Origin: Paragordius varius
Lineage: Eukaryota; Animalia; Nematomorpha
Direction of reading: 5' to 3'
Assembly (NCBI GenBank): GCA_964247055.1
Contig: OZ176058.1
Location: 1,984,001 to 2,048,000, forward strand
DNA length: 64,000 nucleotides
Both the position numbers and the translations under genes were made by a program. Shown here in pieces: positions 1 through 13,859 of the stretch. The first letter of the stretch is position 1; the number at the start of each line of letters is the position of its first letter. Below the pieces are notes generated by a model that did not search any database, was not told the DNA's origin, and saw only the letters and a list, made by a program, of their open reading frames with translations.

Positions 1-1560
1 TATTTTTTTGATAATTTATCTATTCAGATCACCTGATTTTGTAAAAAAATAAAAAATTATTTTAAGGCTCAAAAAGTTGAAAATTATTTGAGTTTACCTA
101 AAAAAATGGGGGTAAATGGTAATTTTTATCATAATTTATTAATTATCTATTTAAAACAGCTGATTTTTTGTTAAATTAATCTCAAAAATTTGAAAATTAT
201 TTAAGTTTACTTAAAAAAATTGGTGAAAAAATGGTTTTTTTACGATAATTTTTGAACAATTTTTAAGTACAGATCAGCTGATTTTATAGAAAGGGCTTAA
301 AACTTATATGTGTTAAGTTAAAAATTTGAAAATTATTTAAGTTTACTTAAAAAAATTGGTGAAAAAATGGTTTTTTTACGATAATTTTTGAACAATTTTT
401 AAGTACAGATCAGCTGATTTTATAGAAAGGGCTTAAAACTTATATGTGTTAAGTTAAAAATTTGAAAATTATTTAAGTTAACTTAAAAATTTGGGGGTAA
501 ATGGTATTTTTACGATAATTTATTTTATCTATTCAGATCAGCTGAGTTTATAGAAAAAATTCAAATTTCAAAATTATTTAAATTTACCTATAAAATTTGG
601 GGAAAAATAATATTTTTCCCATATATTTTGAACAATTTTTGGGTTAAATGAAAATATAGAACAAAAATTTGAAAAATATTTGAATTTACCTAAAATGGGG
701 GGGGGGGGGGGGGGGGGGGGGGGAAATGGTATTTTCAATAATTTTATTATTTATCTATTCAGATCATCTGATTTTATAAAACAAATTTAAATATAGAACA
801 AAAATTGGAAATTATTTATGTTTACCTAAAATATTGAGGGAAAAAATGGTATTTTTTCGATAATTTTTGAACAATTTTTGAGATCAGTTGATTTATATTA
901 AAAAAAGAAAAATTTAAAATTCAAGATTGTTTATTAAAGTTTTAGAATTATTTAAGTTTACTAAAAAATTTCGGGGAAAAATGGTATTTTTTTCATATAT
1001 TTTGAACAATTTATAACTACAGATCAGCTGATTTAGGGAAAACGTTAAAAAATTAAATTAAGCTCAAAAATTTGAAAATTATTTAAGTTTACCTAAAAAA
1101 TTGAAGGAAAATGCTATTTTTTTGATAAATTTTGAACAATTTTTGAGATCAGCTGATTTTTTGTTGAATTAAGCTCAAAAATTTAAAAATTAGTTGAGTT
1201 GACCTAAAAATTTGTGAAAAAATGGTATTTTTTCGATAATTTTTGAACAATTTTTAAGTCCAGATCACAGTTGATTTTGTGAAAAAATAAAAAATTAAAA
1301 TATAGAACAAAAATTTGAAAATTATTTGAGTTTACCCAAAAAATGGGGGGAAAAATGGTATAATTTTATCATTTATATATTTATTCAGATCAGCTGATTT
1401 TATTTAAAAAATTAAAATATAGCTCAAAAATTTGAAAATTATTTGAGTTTACCTAAAAATTGGGGAGAAAAATTGGTATTTTTTCCATATATTTTAAACA
1501 ATTTTTAAGTTAATATTAGCTGATTTTGATAATGTTAAGAAATAGAGAAGTTTTAGATCA
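1..1560. repeat. Degenerate tandem array (units about 120-190 bp) in a PSMB1 intron
   Basis: Recurrent AAAATTTGAAAATTATTTAAGTTTACCTAAAAA...AAATGGTATTTTT...CAGATCAGCTGATTTT, about 10 times. Confidence 0.9.
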
Positions 1561-2436
1561 ATTAATAAAGAAGATTAAAAATTGAAAATTCTGGGAAAAA
1601 TGTTATCGTTTTATTATAATTTTTATTCTCTTCAGTCGGAATTTTTATTTTTAATTAATAAAGGGAAATAAAATTATACGGGACAAAATGTAAAAATATT
1701 AAGACAAATGTATATTTTTCTAAAAGACAACCAACCAACCATTTATGCTTTTTTGAATTACCTTAATTTGTTCTTTATATACTATTTGCCCACATTTTTA
1801 CATGATATAATTTACATTTATATCTCCTCTATTTTACCACCCAAAACAATAAGTATGATTTGAAAATATTGATTGATTTTGAAAAAAGATGGTTGTTTGT
1901 CTTTATATTTTTGCGTTTTGTCCGTTCGTCCATCCGTAGTATAATTTTAATTTTTATTGTATAAGAAATGATATTAAAAAATTAATCAATTTGTGTAAAC
2001 AATATATGTGGTATTTGTGTTGTGTTGTGATATTTTTTGAGTTGATACCAACACCTGATTTGGTTAAATTAAGAGAATCGATTGTCAAAATTATAAGCAA
2101 AAGCCATATGAATCAAGCTTTCTTTATATGTATACAATTTAATCTTTTATGAATATTTTATTCAGATCAACTGAATTTTATAAAATTAATAACACCAGTA
2201 TAGAGAAATAAAGGATTTTTAATAAACATTGGAATAGATGAAAATGGTATTCATATGAAATTTATTCAGATCAGCTGATTCTTCAAAAGATTAAAAATAT
2301 GAGTATAGAGAAATAAAGGATTTTCTATTTATTTAATCATAAGGAAATAAAGATTATTATATAAAAATTGGAAATAATTAATGGTATTTTTGAGATATGT
2401 TATGGTTTAATAACATATCAGCTGTATGAGCATTTT

Positions 2437-2493
2437 AAAAGACGCTTTTTTATATGTTTATAACCTGGTCATTGGAATATAGATGAAAATGGT
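2437..2493 (+). pseudogene. Frameshifted copy of the 3' end and donor site of the upstream PSMB1 exon
   Basis: Reads KRRFF-(deletion)-YVYNLVIGI-(+2 nt)-DENG|GT versus PSMB1 RRFFPYYVYNIIGGLDEEG; shorter copy GIDENG|GT near 2231-2248. Confidence 0.8.
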
Positions 2494-3039
2494 ATAATTC
2501 TTAATTATAAAATATTTTGAGTTTAAATCATCTGATCTTTTGTCAAAAAACTATAAAAGTTAGAAATGAAAGTTTTAAAATAAAGTTAAATCAATCGAAA
2601 CATTAGAAATGAAATTTGGAAGAGATGGTGTATTTATATTAAAGTTTTTGTAAGATTCAAAAACTGTTTTTGTTGATTAGAGAAAGGAACCTTAACACAA
2701 AAAAATGAAAAAAAATGGTATTTATTTTCATGGATAATAAAAGCGAAGTTTTTTAAAAGGATTATCTAAAAAAAATTTAAATTTGCTAATATAATCATCC
2801 TGTTGTGTTATTATATATAAAATTTTGACATAATTAAATAGAGAGTAAATAATAATGATAATTTAAAATTTTAGTATTTTGGGATAAATAAAAATTTTTT
2901 GGAATAAAATATTCTTTTTATTTATAGAAAATAATTATGAAAATTAAAAAAATATTATATTATATATGAAGGAATTTTTGAAATATTAATAATTTTATTA
3001 CGTAAAAATATTTATTTATATATATATATATTTTTTTAG

Positions 3040-3146
3040 GAAAAGGCGCCCTCTATACGTTCGATCCTGTCGGTTCTTATCAACGTGAAGGCTATAAGGC
3101 TGGGGGAAGTGGGGCAGCTATGTTACAACCAATCTTAGATAATCAA
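3040..3146 (+). CDS. PSMB1: PSMB1 internal exon
   Basis: AG 3038-3039, GT 3147-3148; encodes [35 protein letters not shown]. Confidence 0.96.
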
Positions 3147-3574
3147 GTGAATAAAAAATATTTATAAAAAATTAATTTTTTTAATAAAATATTAAATTTT
3201 TTATTTAAAATGTTTAATATTTTTAAATATATATATATATATATATAATTAAGTTATTGAAATATTTGAAAAATTATGTAAAATGTTTGGAATTTTAAAG
3301 ATACAATTAATTATTTTAATAAAAAAAATTAAATTATTATTAAATATTAAATATATTTTTTATTTAATTGTTAAATAATTTAATATATATATATATATAT
3401 AGATAGATAGATATATATATATATAAATAGTTTAAGAAAAATTCATATTAAAAAAAATTATTTAAAAAAGTTAATTATATATAATTATATTTTTTATTTA
3501 AATTGTCAAATAATTTAAATATATATATATATATATAGATAGATAGATAGATATATCTATATATATATAAATAT

Positions 3575-3605
<31 letters not shown>

Positions 3606-5572
3606 TATCTTAAAAGAAAATAATTAAAAAAAGTTTATTAAATTATAAAAATTATTAAAAAGAAATTTATAATATAATAGATGATCAAGTTTGAATAATT
3701 TAAAATAAAAATTATTAAAAATAATACAATAAAATATTATATATTTTATAAGAATTTTTTCAAATTTATATAAATTTATAGATTTTAATAAGAAATTTAA
3801 TGCCTTTTTTTAAATTTTAATATCTAGATAACTAAATAAGATTGTTGTTAACGAAAATTTAATTTAAAAAAATTTATATTGATAAAATTAATAATACATT
3901 TTAATTTTTTAGTTTGCTTGTTTATTAAAAAATGTTTTTAATTTGAATATAGAATATTTAAAATATATCAATAAATTTTTTTATTTTAAATTATTAATAA
4001 TCTAAATTTTTTATATTTTTTAATTTTTTGCTTAATATATAAATTAAAAAATTTTTATACATTCTAAATAAAATAATTATTTTCTATTTAATTAAATTCA
4101 AAGATATATTATTTTAAAATAAAAGTGTACTTTTTTATATATGTAATTTTAATAACATTTATATTTTATTTTTTAGATTTTTTTAATATTTTTAATATTT
4201 TTTAAGGTTGGTCTTAAAAATCAAGATAATATACCAATTAGATTGGCCCTGAGTAAAGAAAAAGCCATGAGCCTTATTCGCGATTCATTCATTTCAGCAG
4301 CTGAGCGAGACGTCTTAACAGGTGATTTTGATATAAAAAATTTAATTAATAAAATAAATTTTATGTTAATTAGTTTTAAATATATATATAATATCATTTA
4401 CAATTCAAATTTACCCTAAAAATAAATTATGTGTGTTTTCAAACTAATATAACTCATTAATAATATAAAATATATCTTTATGGCATAGTTTAATATTTTT
4501 TCAGTATTATTTTATTTATATTGTAAATTTTATTTTTAAAAAAATTGTAAATTTAAATATTTTTAATATTAAAAAGCATATAATTTATTTGAGCGTTATT
4601 GAATTGTTCGAGGGTGAATTTGAATTATAAATGGTATATTTATATAACTAAAATTGATAATTAATTAGATTAAATATTTGTATATTTTTTTATAAATCTT
4701 AAATCGTAAAAAAGTTATTATAAAACAAGTAATTTGATTTAAATTTATAAATTAATTTTTATTAAATATTTTTTTAAATTTTTTTATAAAAAATCATTTA
4801 TATTAATATTGTTTTTAGGTTAAATTAAATAATTTTTATTTTAAAAAAATATATTATAATATAACATTTTATGTTTAGTATGACAAAAAAATAATTTATA
4901 TGAATATATTTAAATATATATATATATATATATATATTATAGTTTAAATTATTTATTAAATTATATAAAAATATTTTATAATTTATTTTATGTTTACAAA
5001 AAATTATTTTTATTAAATAATTGAGGATAATTTTGTTAAAATATTAAAATATGAAAGTTAAAGCTAAAAATTATTTTAATATACCATTTACGATTCAAAT
5101 TCACCCTCGAACAATCCATATTCACCTTAAAAATAAATTATGTGTGTTTTCAAACTAATATAACTTATTAATAATATAAAATATATCTTTATGGCATAGT
5201 TTATTATTTTTTCAGTATTATTTTATTTATATTGTAAATTTTGGTAATTTTTAATATTAAAAAACATATTATTTATTTGAGAGTGAATTTGAATTGTAAA
5301 TGGTATATATTTAATAAAATTATATTTATAAGTTATTTAAATAGATTACATATTTTGACTTTTTGTATATTTTTCTATTTCAAATCTTAAATCAAAAAAG
5401 ATTATTATAAAACAAGTAATTTGATTTAAATTTATTAATTAATTTTTATTTATTATTTTTACAATAAAAAATATAATAAATCATTTTTATTAATAATGTT
5501 TTTAAGATAAAATAAATAATTTTATAATAATTATGTTTAAACAAGTAATATGACAAAAAAATAATTTATATT

Positions 5573-5603
<31 letters not shown>

Positions 5604-6327
5604 AGTTTAAAAATATTGATTAAAATATATAAAAAATTTTCAATTTAAATTCTATTTTATTATATTTACAAAAAAGTAAATATATGTTCTAAGATAGTTT
5701 TGTTAAAAAATTAATATTTAAAAGTTAAACCTAAAAATGATTTTAATATAGCATTTACAATTTAAATTTACCCCTAAAAATATATTATATGTTTTCGGGA
5801 TAATATAACTCATCATTAATATGAATATATCGAGATAGTTTATTATTTTTTAGCATTATATAAATTTTAAACAGAATTTTATATATTAAATATATAATAA
5901 AATATATGTAATTTTTCTTAAAAAAACATAATTTATTTTAGGGTAAATTTGAATTGTTCAAGGTTGAATTTGAATTTTAAATGGTATATCACCCTTAAAT
6001 TTTTCTTCATTAAAAAATAGAAAATTTTCAAATATATCATTGTAGGAATATGTTTTTTTCCAAAAAATCATTTAATATATATATATATATATCTATTTTT
6101 ATTTTTAATTTATTTATTGAAATAAATTAATAAATATAAGGAATTTATATAATTAATTAATATATATATATATATATATATATTTTCTTATTTATCATTT
6201 TTTAATTAAATTAATTTTATAAATTATATTTTATTTTTTTTTTAATTTTATAGGTGATGGCATAGTGATCCACATGATTGATAAAAATGGAATAACCACT
6301 CGTAGTGAACGCCTTAGAAATGATTAA
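3040..6327 (+). CDS. PSMB1: Proteasome subunit beta type-1, 3' part (exons 3040-3146, 4207-4321, 6254-6327); 5' exons lie upstream of the window
   Basis: Spliced translation (G)[35 protein letters not shown]|[39 protein letters not shown]|[23 protein letters not shown] matches the PSMB1 C-terminus ([16 protein letters not shown]...LQPLLDNQVG...[13 protein letters not shown]). All junctions are GT-AG and phases agree. AATAAA at 6355-6360. Confidence 0.96.
4207..4321 (+). CDS. PSMB1: PSMB1 penultimate coding exon
   Basis: AG 4205-4206, GT 4322-4323; encodes VGLKNQ...[12 protein letters not shown]. Confidence 0.95.
4340..6000. repeat. About 2.5 tandem copies of a roughly 690-bp block, each containing a foldback MITE (4393-4636, 5082-5305, 5749-5986)
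   Basis: Shared flanks (TGACAAAAAAATAATTTATA, AAAACAAGTAATTTGATTTAAA) repeated at about 690-bp spacing. Confidence 0.82.
6254..6327 (+). CDS. PSMB1: PSMB1 last coding exon
   Basis: AG 6252-6253; encodes [26 protein letters not shown] at 6325-6327. Confidence 0.93.
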
Positions 6328-6419
6328 TGATTTTAATTTTTATATTAAAATTTTAATAAATTTGAAAAAAATTAATTTTTTTTAAATAATTATATTTTAT
6401 GAAAAATCTTTGAAGGAAA

Positions 6420-6691
6420 TACAGTATAAACTGAAAATATCAAGACAAATTTTTATTTCTAAAAGACAACGATACTTTTTAAATCTAGATTTATATCGAT
6501 ATAACTTATTGTTTTCAATGGTAAAGTTTGAAATAGAAATATATAATACCAACACAATCAGTTCAATATTTTACAATTGTAACTAAATGGCTTATATTAG
6601 AAAATTAAGATTTAAAGAAGTATGGTTAGAAAAAAATATTTGTCTCTTTATATTTTTACGTTTGTCTCCGTATAATTACAATTTTTACTGC
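6420..6691. mobile_element. MITE family 1 (Tc1/mariner-like, about 280 bp, long TIRs, TA-flanked CAGT...ACTG), copy
   Basis: Left TACAGTA..A.TGAAA.TAT...AAGACAAAT; right TTTGTCT...CCGTATAATT.CAATTTTTACTG. Confidence 0.75.
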
Positions 6692-8649
6692 ATGTGTTTT
6701 ACATAATATTTGGATTTATTTTAGATTAAAAAAGGGCTAAACAATAATTTGTATCCTCGTAAGACATATAAGTTGGATTGTTAATGAATTTATATGCTTT
6801 TACATTAAAAATTGAAATTATACGGACAAAACGTAAAAGTGTAAAGACAAATATTTTTTTTAAAAAAAACAACCATACTTTTTCAAATCGTGATTTTTTA
6901 CATCATTGTATTGGCAAACTATTTAGAGATGTATTTTGGTAACGTAATTAATTATATATTTTATTATTAGAAAGGTTTAAAAAGTATGGTTGTCTTTTAG
7001 AAAAAAAATATTTGTCTTTATAGTTTTACATTTTGTCCGTATAATTTTAATATTTACTTTATATCATTTACGCTTCAATACATTTCAAATACACCCTAAA
7101 ATAAATTGTGTTTTAAAATATCAAAAATTATACCTATATTTTTTGTATATTTTAAAAAATAAAATTTCGTCTAAAATTAATACCAAAAATTTAATATAAA
7201 AAAGAAATCGTTATTTATTTATGATGAGCTATATTTCCCCCAGAACACATAATTTATTTTTGGTTGTATTGAAATGTTTAAGGGTGCATTTCAAACAAAG
7301 CTAATTATGTTTTAATGGTGAATTTAAATTGTCTAAGAGTGAATTTTGAATGTTCAAGGGGGATTTTAAATTGTTCAAGAGTGTATTTAAATTGTTTAAG
7401 GTTTTAAATTGGCCCCTGTAATTAGCTGCTTCTTCATAATCAACTTTTTGGCAAAAAATATTCTTAAAAATTGAATTTCTGGTACATTTCATTTGCAATT
7501 CAATTCACCCTTAAACAATTAAAGTGACTCTTGAACAAATCAAACTAACCCTTAAACAATTCAAAGGGCTTTGCCAATCTTAATATGTTTAAATGTAACT
7601 AAATTATTGCTTTTATTTAAATCAGGAGTGGCCAACATGCGTGCCGCATTCGGCCCTCTGAGATTTTCACATGCGACCCACGAAAAATTTAGAATCCATG
7701 TGTGGGGTGATAAAAAAGTTGCACTTGACTATATTTTTTTATGCATTGTTCTTAAATATTAGTAGAGTTTTTCTAAAAATTAATCCTCTCACTTAATTTG
7801 AATAGGGTTAATTAGCCAAAAAATCACAAATAAACAGTTTATAGAGCATTATTTAAAATGCATATAAAACCTAAATTAAATACATTAAAAGTTACTAAGG
7901 TATTTTTTTTCCTTATTTTTGTATATGTCAAGTGTGCCCTATTCCACACTTGCAATATCTTCAAGTTTTACTTGATCATAAATTTTTTACCATCTCCGAA
8001 TCAAGTTTTCTTGCTTAACTAAACTCGTTTAATGTTAAATTTTATCACATGAAGGAAAGTCATGACTTGAAAAACTTGCGTCAAAATTTTTTTTATCACC
8101 ACACCCTATAATTAGCCAAAACATCACAAAATCTCGGTAAAATTGATATCTCCTTAGACAATTTTTCTAATAAGTCTAAGCCAATTGTTTTGCACACCCC
8201 TGTTAAAAATATTTCCCTCAGTGCATTTTATAAAATGATCAAAATTTTGTTTAAATTTGATTGGACCTCGTTTCCCCGGAAAAGGTGGAACAATATAGAG
8301 GGGTTATTTCAAAAAAGGGCGTAGTCACCTTTAAGTTCTTCAAAATTAAGAAACCGCGCGACTCAGAGCAAATTTGAAAAAAGTCCTTAGTCATGGTCCC
8401 TGAACCTCTAAACCAGGGCTGTCTGTTCAACATAAATATGGAGCGGCTGCTTTAATTTGGGTTTTTTTCTATTTTAACCCCCAATGGATAATATACTTTA
8501 ACCAATTCTTTATCATTTAATATTTTTTGGAATACTTTTGTTTACCAAAAAAAGTGGGTCGGACATATCTGCTTAAACTAAAAAGTATTTAAACTCCATA
8601 GGCCTCCATGTTTTCTCTTAGGGGAGCGGTAATGACGTACTTATTTATG

Positions 8650-9560
8650 GTTCGTCTATTCATCAAACAATAACAAAACTGTGTTTACAATAAAATAGTA
8701 GTAATATATATATATATATATATATATGCCGATTGAAAAATGCAGCAGGAATGTCATGGTGCTTTTGGTTTTGGGGCTTACGAGTGATATAAGAAATTTG
8801 TTTACATTTTTGTGGTAAGTACTCCATATCCGAAAATGGCAACATTTGACATTTTCATAAAAACTCTTTCAATGCTTCATTTCAAAAAAATTCACTCTAA
8901 TATATCGGAAACTACATATAAATAACAAAACAATATTTTTATAATATTTTAATTTTAGATCTAGGGCCCCGAAAGTCCCAAACTTTTTATGCTCCTAGTT
9001 CTAAAATAAACGCAAAATTTCCTATCCAAAATAACTTTCTCATGCTATATTTTGACATCAAAAAAATATTTTTTAAAAATGCAACCTATAAAAATTAAAT
9101 TTTAGCAAATTTTACTTGAAGCGTACTTCATACTATTTTGAGGCATGTTGCAAACGGTATAACGCTTTAGAGAATTGTAAAAACACTTTTACTATAAAAA
9201 TTGATGGGCTGAACATTCTATCTCCTCAGATTTTAGATTAAAATAATCGTTCGCCTTCAAATCTATGTCAAATATATTGTGTTTTAATGTAGATACCCAC
9301 CAAAATTTGAAAATCTCAAATTTTCGGATTCTAATGACCTAGTTTTTGTTAACGCAAGAATGGCTATATTGCGCGATAAATTTATATATATACTAAATTT
9401 TGACATAAAAAATGCTTTCAGAATAACAAACATTTATTACAAAATTTAATTATAGCGAGTTTATGATATTTAAAGCATTATTGAAACGGTATAAAGCCAT
9501 TTTATAACTTAATATGATAAGATAAAGCTGAATAATCGCTTATATTTTGGATTCGAAAGT
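8650..9560. repeat. Dispersed repeat, homologous to about 47040-47760
   Basis: Shared TTCAAAAAAATTCACT...AACTACATATAAA...AAAATAAACGC.AAA...CATACTTCATATTATTTTGAG.CATG. Confidence 0.7.
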
Positions 9561-11229
9561 TTGTTTGTCAACAAATTCAATTTAATATATTGTTTAACAA
9601 AAAATCATTCAATTTATGTCAATAATTTTAAATAAAATATGGGTGATAGAAATGTAAGCATTATCATACTATGAATAAAAAGTTTCTGTTCGCACTTGCT
9701 CAATTATGATAAAACTTGCTTCACCAAAATTTTGCCATAAATTATATTTTCAGCAATGTATTCTTTTTTCGAAATATTTGTTGGATACCAAAATCTAGCA
9801 CATAAGTGTCCCTTATAAATGGGTCAAAAATTCGAGTCTTTGGAACAACTCTTAAAATTAAAATTTCACCAAGCAAATTTTTTTGGCAAATTATTCGCAA
9901 ATAGTGCCATTTTCTAATGCAACGTACCACAAAAGTGGTAACATCTTTCTTATATATTGCATTTTTATGTCAGAAATATAATTTATCAGGAGTTTTCATA
10001 CACGCCGATTTTTTGCACAGTATTATGAAGAAATTATAAATCAGCGTGACCTTGAATATGGACACCGTGACTATGAAAAAAGCATGGTTAAAAAATTGTT
10101 AATCCCGTTCATAATAAAATTATCATTACCAGTTATTTATAATAAAAACATTAGCTCATTAATAAGGGACCAAAATATGTCAAACTTATGAGCGTAATAG
10201 GCAAGACGGAATACTATAAATTATTTAAACCCAAAAAATATGCAAATTATTATTTTTTACCATTAAAATTTACATACATTTATAATCAATTCCATTTAAA
10301 AACATTTTCCAAATGTTATGATATAGTATTATAATTTTTCAAAACATATTTATTTTATGTTAGCAAAATTTTATATTTAAAAAAAAACAAATATTAAATT
10401 TTAAAAATCAAATATTAAATTTTAAAAACAAAAATACAATCTATCTATTAATTCTTTTCAGCCATTTTAACTTTATGAAAAATTTATGTCATGCAACAGG
10501 TAATTGGATTTCCTTTTTTATTCAACCAATTTTTTATGGATGGAATTTCTAAACTTATCTTCTTTTTTACGCAAATGCACGGTTACACCCCTTTGTAGAC
10601 ACAGAGTGTCAAATATAATCTAAATCGAACTAACATCTTTTGGACTTCTGCACTATAATATATTGTGATTATATTTTTTCATTGCAATATGAATAAATTA
10701 TTTTTTTTATATATTTATTTAAAATTTTGTGCTACTTTGTTACATTATTAAAAAATCTTGGAAATAGGGTATATTACTTGGTGATATTCCACGATCAGAA
10801 ATATAAAATTTATTTTTACAAACTATGGCCTCTACGAGAATTAGTTTTTAAATAATTTTTAGGGTTCGCTTTGGAATCTCCTAGTCGTTTTCATTTACTT
10901 TATCGCAATCATACTATTTTATGCACTAATTCGGTTCTACCTCTTATCTAATTACTTACGTTCAATACCGTAGTTTGGGCCACACCTGACTGGAAACCTG
11001 GATTGGATAGATATCTAATAAATATCACAACGAGCTTTCTATATGATAAATATCCTTTTATAAGAAATTTAATGCATATGTCTTATGCCTCAATAAAAGC
11101 GGCTTATCAAACGTCGTAAGATTTATAATGCAAAAAAGAATTTACAAGTATAATTGAATTATCACATTTTGAATTTTCAGACTTAACACCTATACTATAT
11201 AAATGTAAATGGCAAAACTGAAATTATTC

Positions 11230-11640
11230 TTTACAGCTGTAATTATATATGAACGCATAATCACGAAATCGTAGATTTGACAAAGCGCCATCTTACTAGA
11301 GACATATGTCACGCTTTAGATTTCACCACAAAAAATTCTTCCAAACTAGTAAAATTAGAAAAAAAAATCATCTCTTATCGAGTAAGATCTTTATTAAATT
11401 TTTATCCCATCCTGGTTTTCAGTCATGTGTTGCTCAAGACTACGGTATTGAACGAAGTACTGTTACGAAAATTGTAAAAATGGTAACATCCAATTTACCA
11501 ACAAACAAAATGGTGAAATTAATCTCAGATTACTACGGTGAAAGCTATAGCTCAATGGTCATCAAATTTAAACAATATATTATCTTATACGGCGTAATTG
11601 ATTGCATCCATATAGGAATTAATCAGGCTATAATGTTTCT
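11230..11640 (+). pseudogene. Decayed PIF/Harbinger transposase fragment
   Basis: KFLSHPGFQSCVAQDYGIERSTVTKIVK (HTH-like) and YGVIDCIHIGI (cf. GAIDCTHI, first catalytic Asp); frameshifted across two overlapping ORFs. Confidence 0.7.
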
Positions 11641-12882
11641 ATCCAACCTTATTAGACATATAGAAAGTGTATTTTTTTGAAAGTTCAGGCGCTCTTGACA
11701 CATAAAATTTCACTTCCATAAATCTTCTGGAGGAATACACGAGGTGAGGTATTGCAGAATCGTTTGTTATATAACAAAAATTTGTTCGAAATTAAATGCG
11801 AACAAATTAATATATCGTAAGATCGGGAAAAATGTATAATTTCAACTTTTTGTTGTTTTTATCCATACACTACTGTGATGTCAATTGGCCAGAAAAATGA
11901 ATGTGGTACTAGCCGCCAAATATGTTTTTTAATTTTTATATAAGAACCACAAAATTACCAAAAAATACATTGATTACATAACGAAAAAAATTTTTTTGAT
12001 AATATTTCGTATGACCGCACTTTAATAGTTAGTGGTTTAGATTAAATCTTATATTTATTATTAAGTCACATGTAAAATTTATATTTATTAACTAATTTTA
12101 AAATATCTAATTATAATCAATCATTTTAATAATTTTATTTTTAGAAAACCATCTTTTATATTATTATTCGTTATAAGTTATCAACCAAATGTTGTCCTCA
12201 ATTATAAAGAAAAATCAGCCATACTTTTATAAACCTAGATTTTTTGTACTTTTATGATAACATCATATATAAAATATGTATGATGGAGTAAACGGACAAA
12301 ACAGGAAAATATAAAGACAAAAATTTTTTTCAAAAAGACAACATCTTAATTTTTAACTCATTGTTTTTAATTGCAAAGTATAATATACAAAAAAATAGTT
12401 AAAACAATCAATCTTGTATTTTACGATTGTAATTAAATGTTTATTATAGGATAAATTAAGGTTTAAAAACATATGGTTATCTTTTGAAAAAAAGCTTTGT
12501 CTTTATATTTTTAAATTTTCGTATAATTTCAGTTTTTAATAATTGAGTCTTACCAATTTAATAATATATCTTATTTTGCGCTGAAAACAATAAATTTTGT
12601 TATACAGTAAAAATTAAAATTATACGGATAAAATGTAAAAATATAAAAAGTCAAATTTTTTTTCAAAAGACAACCATACTTTTTTATACCGTAATTTATC
12701 TTATCAAAAACATTTAACTAGAATCGTAAAATACATAAATTGATTGTGTTAATTTACATTTCTATATTATTCTTTGTAGTTTAAAACAATAAATATCGTT
12801 GTTTTTTTTGGAAAAATATTTGTCTTTTTATTTTTACATTTTGTCCGTATAATTTATCTTGTATAAAAATATTTGTCTTTAA

Positions 12883-13441
12883 CACATGGAGACAACACAT
12901 TCATTTTAGTCCTTCAATCACATTGGGGTAATTTAATACCCCAGGTCTGTTTAAAATTAAATTCTTTAAAAAATTTAGAAGGAATCGAAATCATGGTAAA
13001 ATTTTGCACTTGTATAACATTAATAAACCGAAATATATAAAAAATTTATTCAAAAATAATTAATATTACTTATTTTAAGCTAAAAACCGAAAGGTAAAAA
13101 TTTAGTCAACGTGACATCAATGGTAAAATTGAAAAATACAAAATAAACCGCTCTTTCTATTTCTATCAATGTTAGAAGTTTTAAATAAAAGATTAGCTTT
13201 AATTTTAGCATTAAATTTAATTTACCTGATATTTTGCAAAATTGTAAAATAAAAATGATGTCGAAATAGTTTGACATGTTTTCTAAAACAAAATTAAAAT
13301 AAGATATTTTGACATATTATATAATTTTTATTAGGATAGAAGCATAAATTTAGATTAAAACCGTTTCTTTCAGTAGTTTATCAAAAATCCTAACTCAAAT
13401 TTAGTCTGGGGTATTTGGATACCCCAATTTGAATCAAAGTG
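12883..13441. mobile_element. piggyBac-like non-autonomous element (TTAA target-site duplication)
   Basis: TTAA|CACATGGAGACAA...TTGAATCAAAGTG|TTAA; inverted sister copy at 61762-62296. Confidence 0.75.
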
Positions 13442-13568
13442 TTAAGTAATAACATTTTATCCGTAAGTAATTTCAATTATTCCCGTATTAAATTTAACTA
13501 TTAGAATGGAATATTTTTAAAATAATAATTCAGTATTTTAATATTTTATTAAATTATAAATGTTATTT

Positions 13569-13859
13569 TACAGTAAAAATTGGAATTTACGGACAAAATG
13601 TAAAAATGTAAAGAATATTTTTCCAAAAGACAACCATACTTTTTCTAATCGTGATTTTTTTAATTTAATCATTGGTTTAATTTGCAAACTATGATATAGA
13701 GATGTATTTTGGTAACAATATCATTTATATATTTTATAGTGGTAATTATATAATTTATTTTCAGAAAAATTAAGGTTTAAAAAGTATGGTTGTCTTTTAA
13801 AAAAAATATTTGTCTTTATATTATTACATTTTATACGTATAATTTCAATTTTTACTGTA
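13569..13859. mobile_element. MITE family 1, full copy
   Basis: TA-CAGTAAAAATTGGAATTTACGGACAAAATG...CGTATAATTTCAATTTTTACTG-TA; TIRs about 80 bp. Confidence 0.88.

Noticed and set aside
3380-3610. (TA)n/(GATA)n tracts, and many other (TA)n runs
   Set aside because: Ordinary microsatellites.
6990-7199. ORFs such as 6990-7199, 15272-15475, 21986-22180 and 54311-54502
   Set aside because: They are translations of MITE-1 terminal repeats: low-complexity F/I/K/L peptides with no domain motif.
7301-7498. 65-aa ORF with LNNLK(S/N)PL repeats
   Set aside because: The periodicity comes from the 21-nt MITE-2 subterminal repeats (7 codons per unit).
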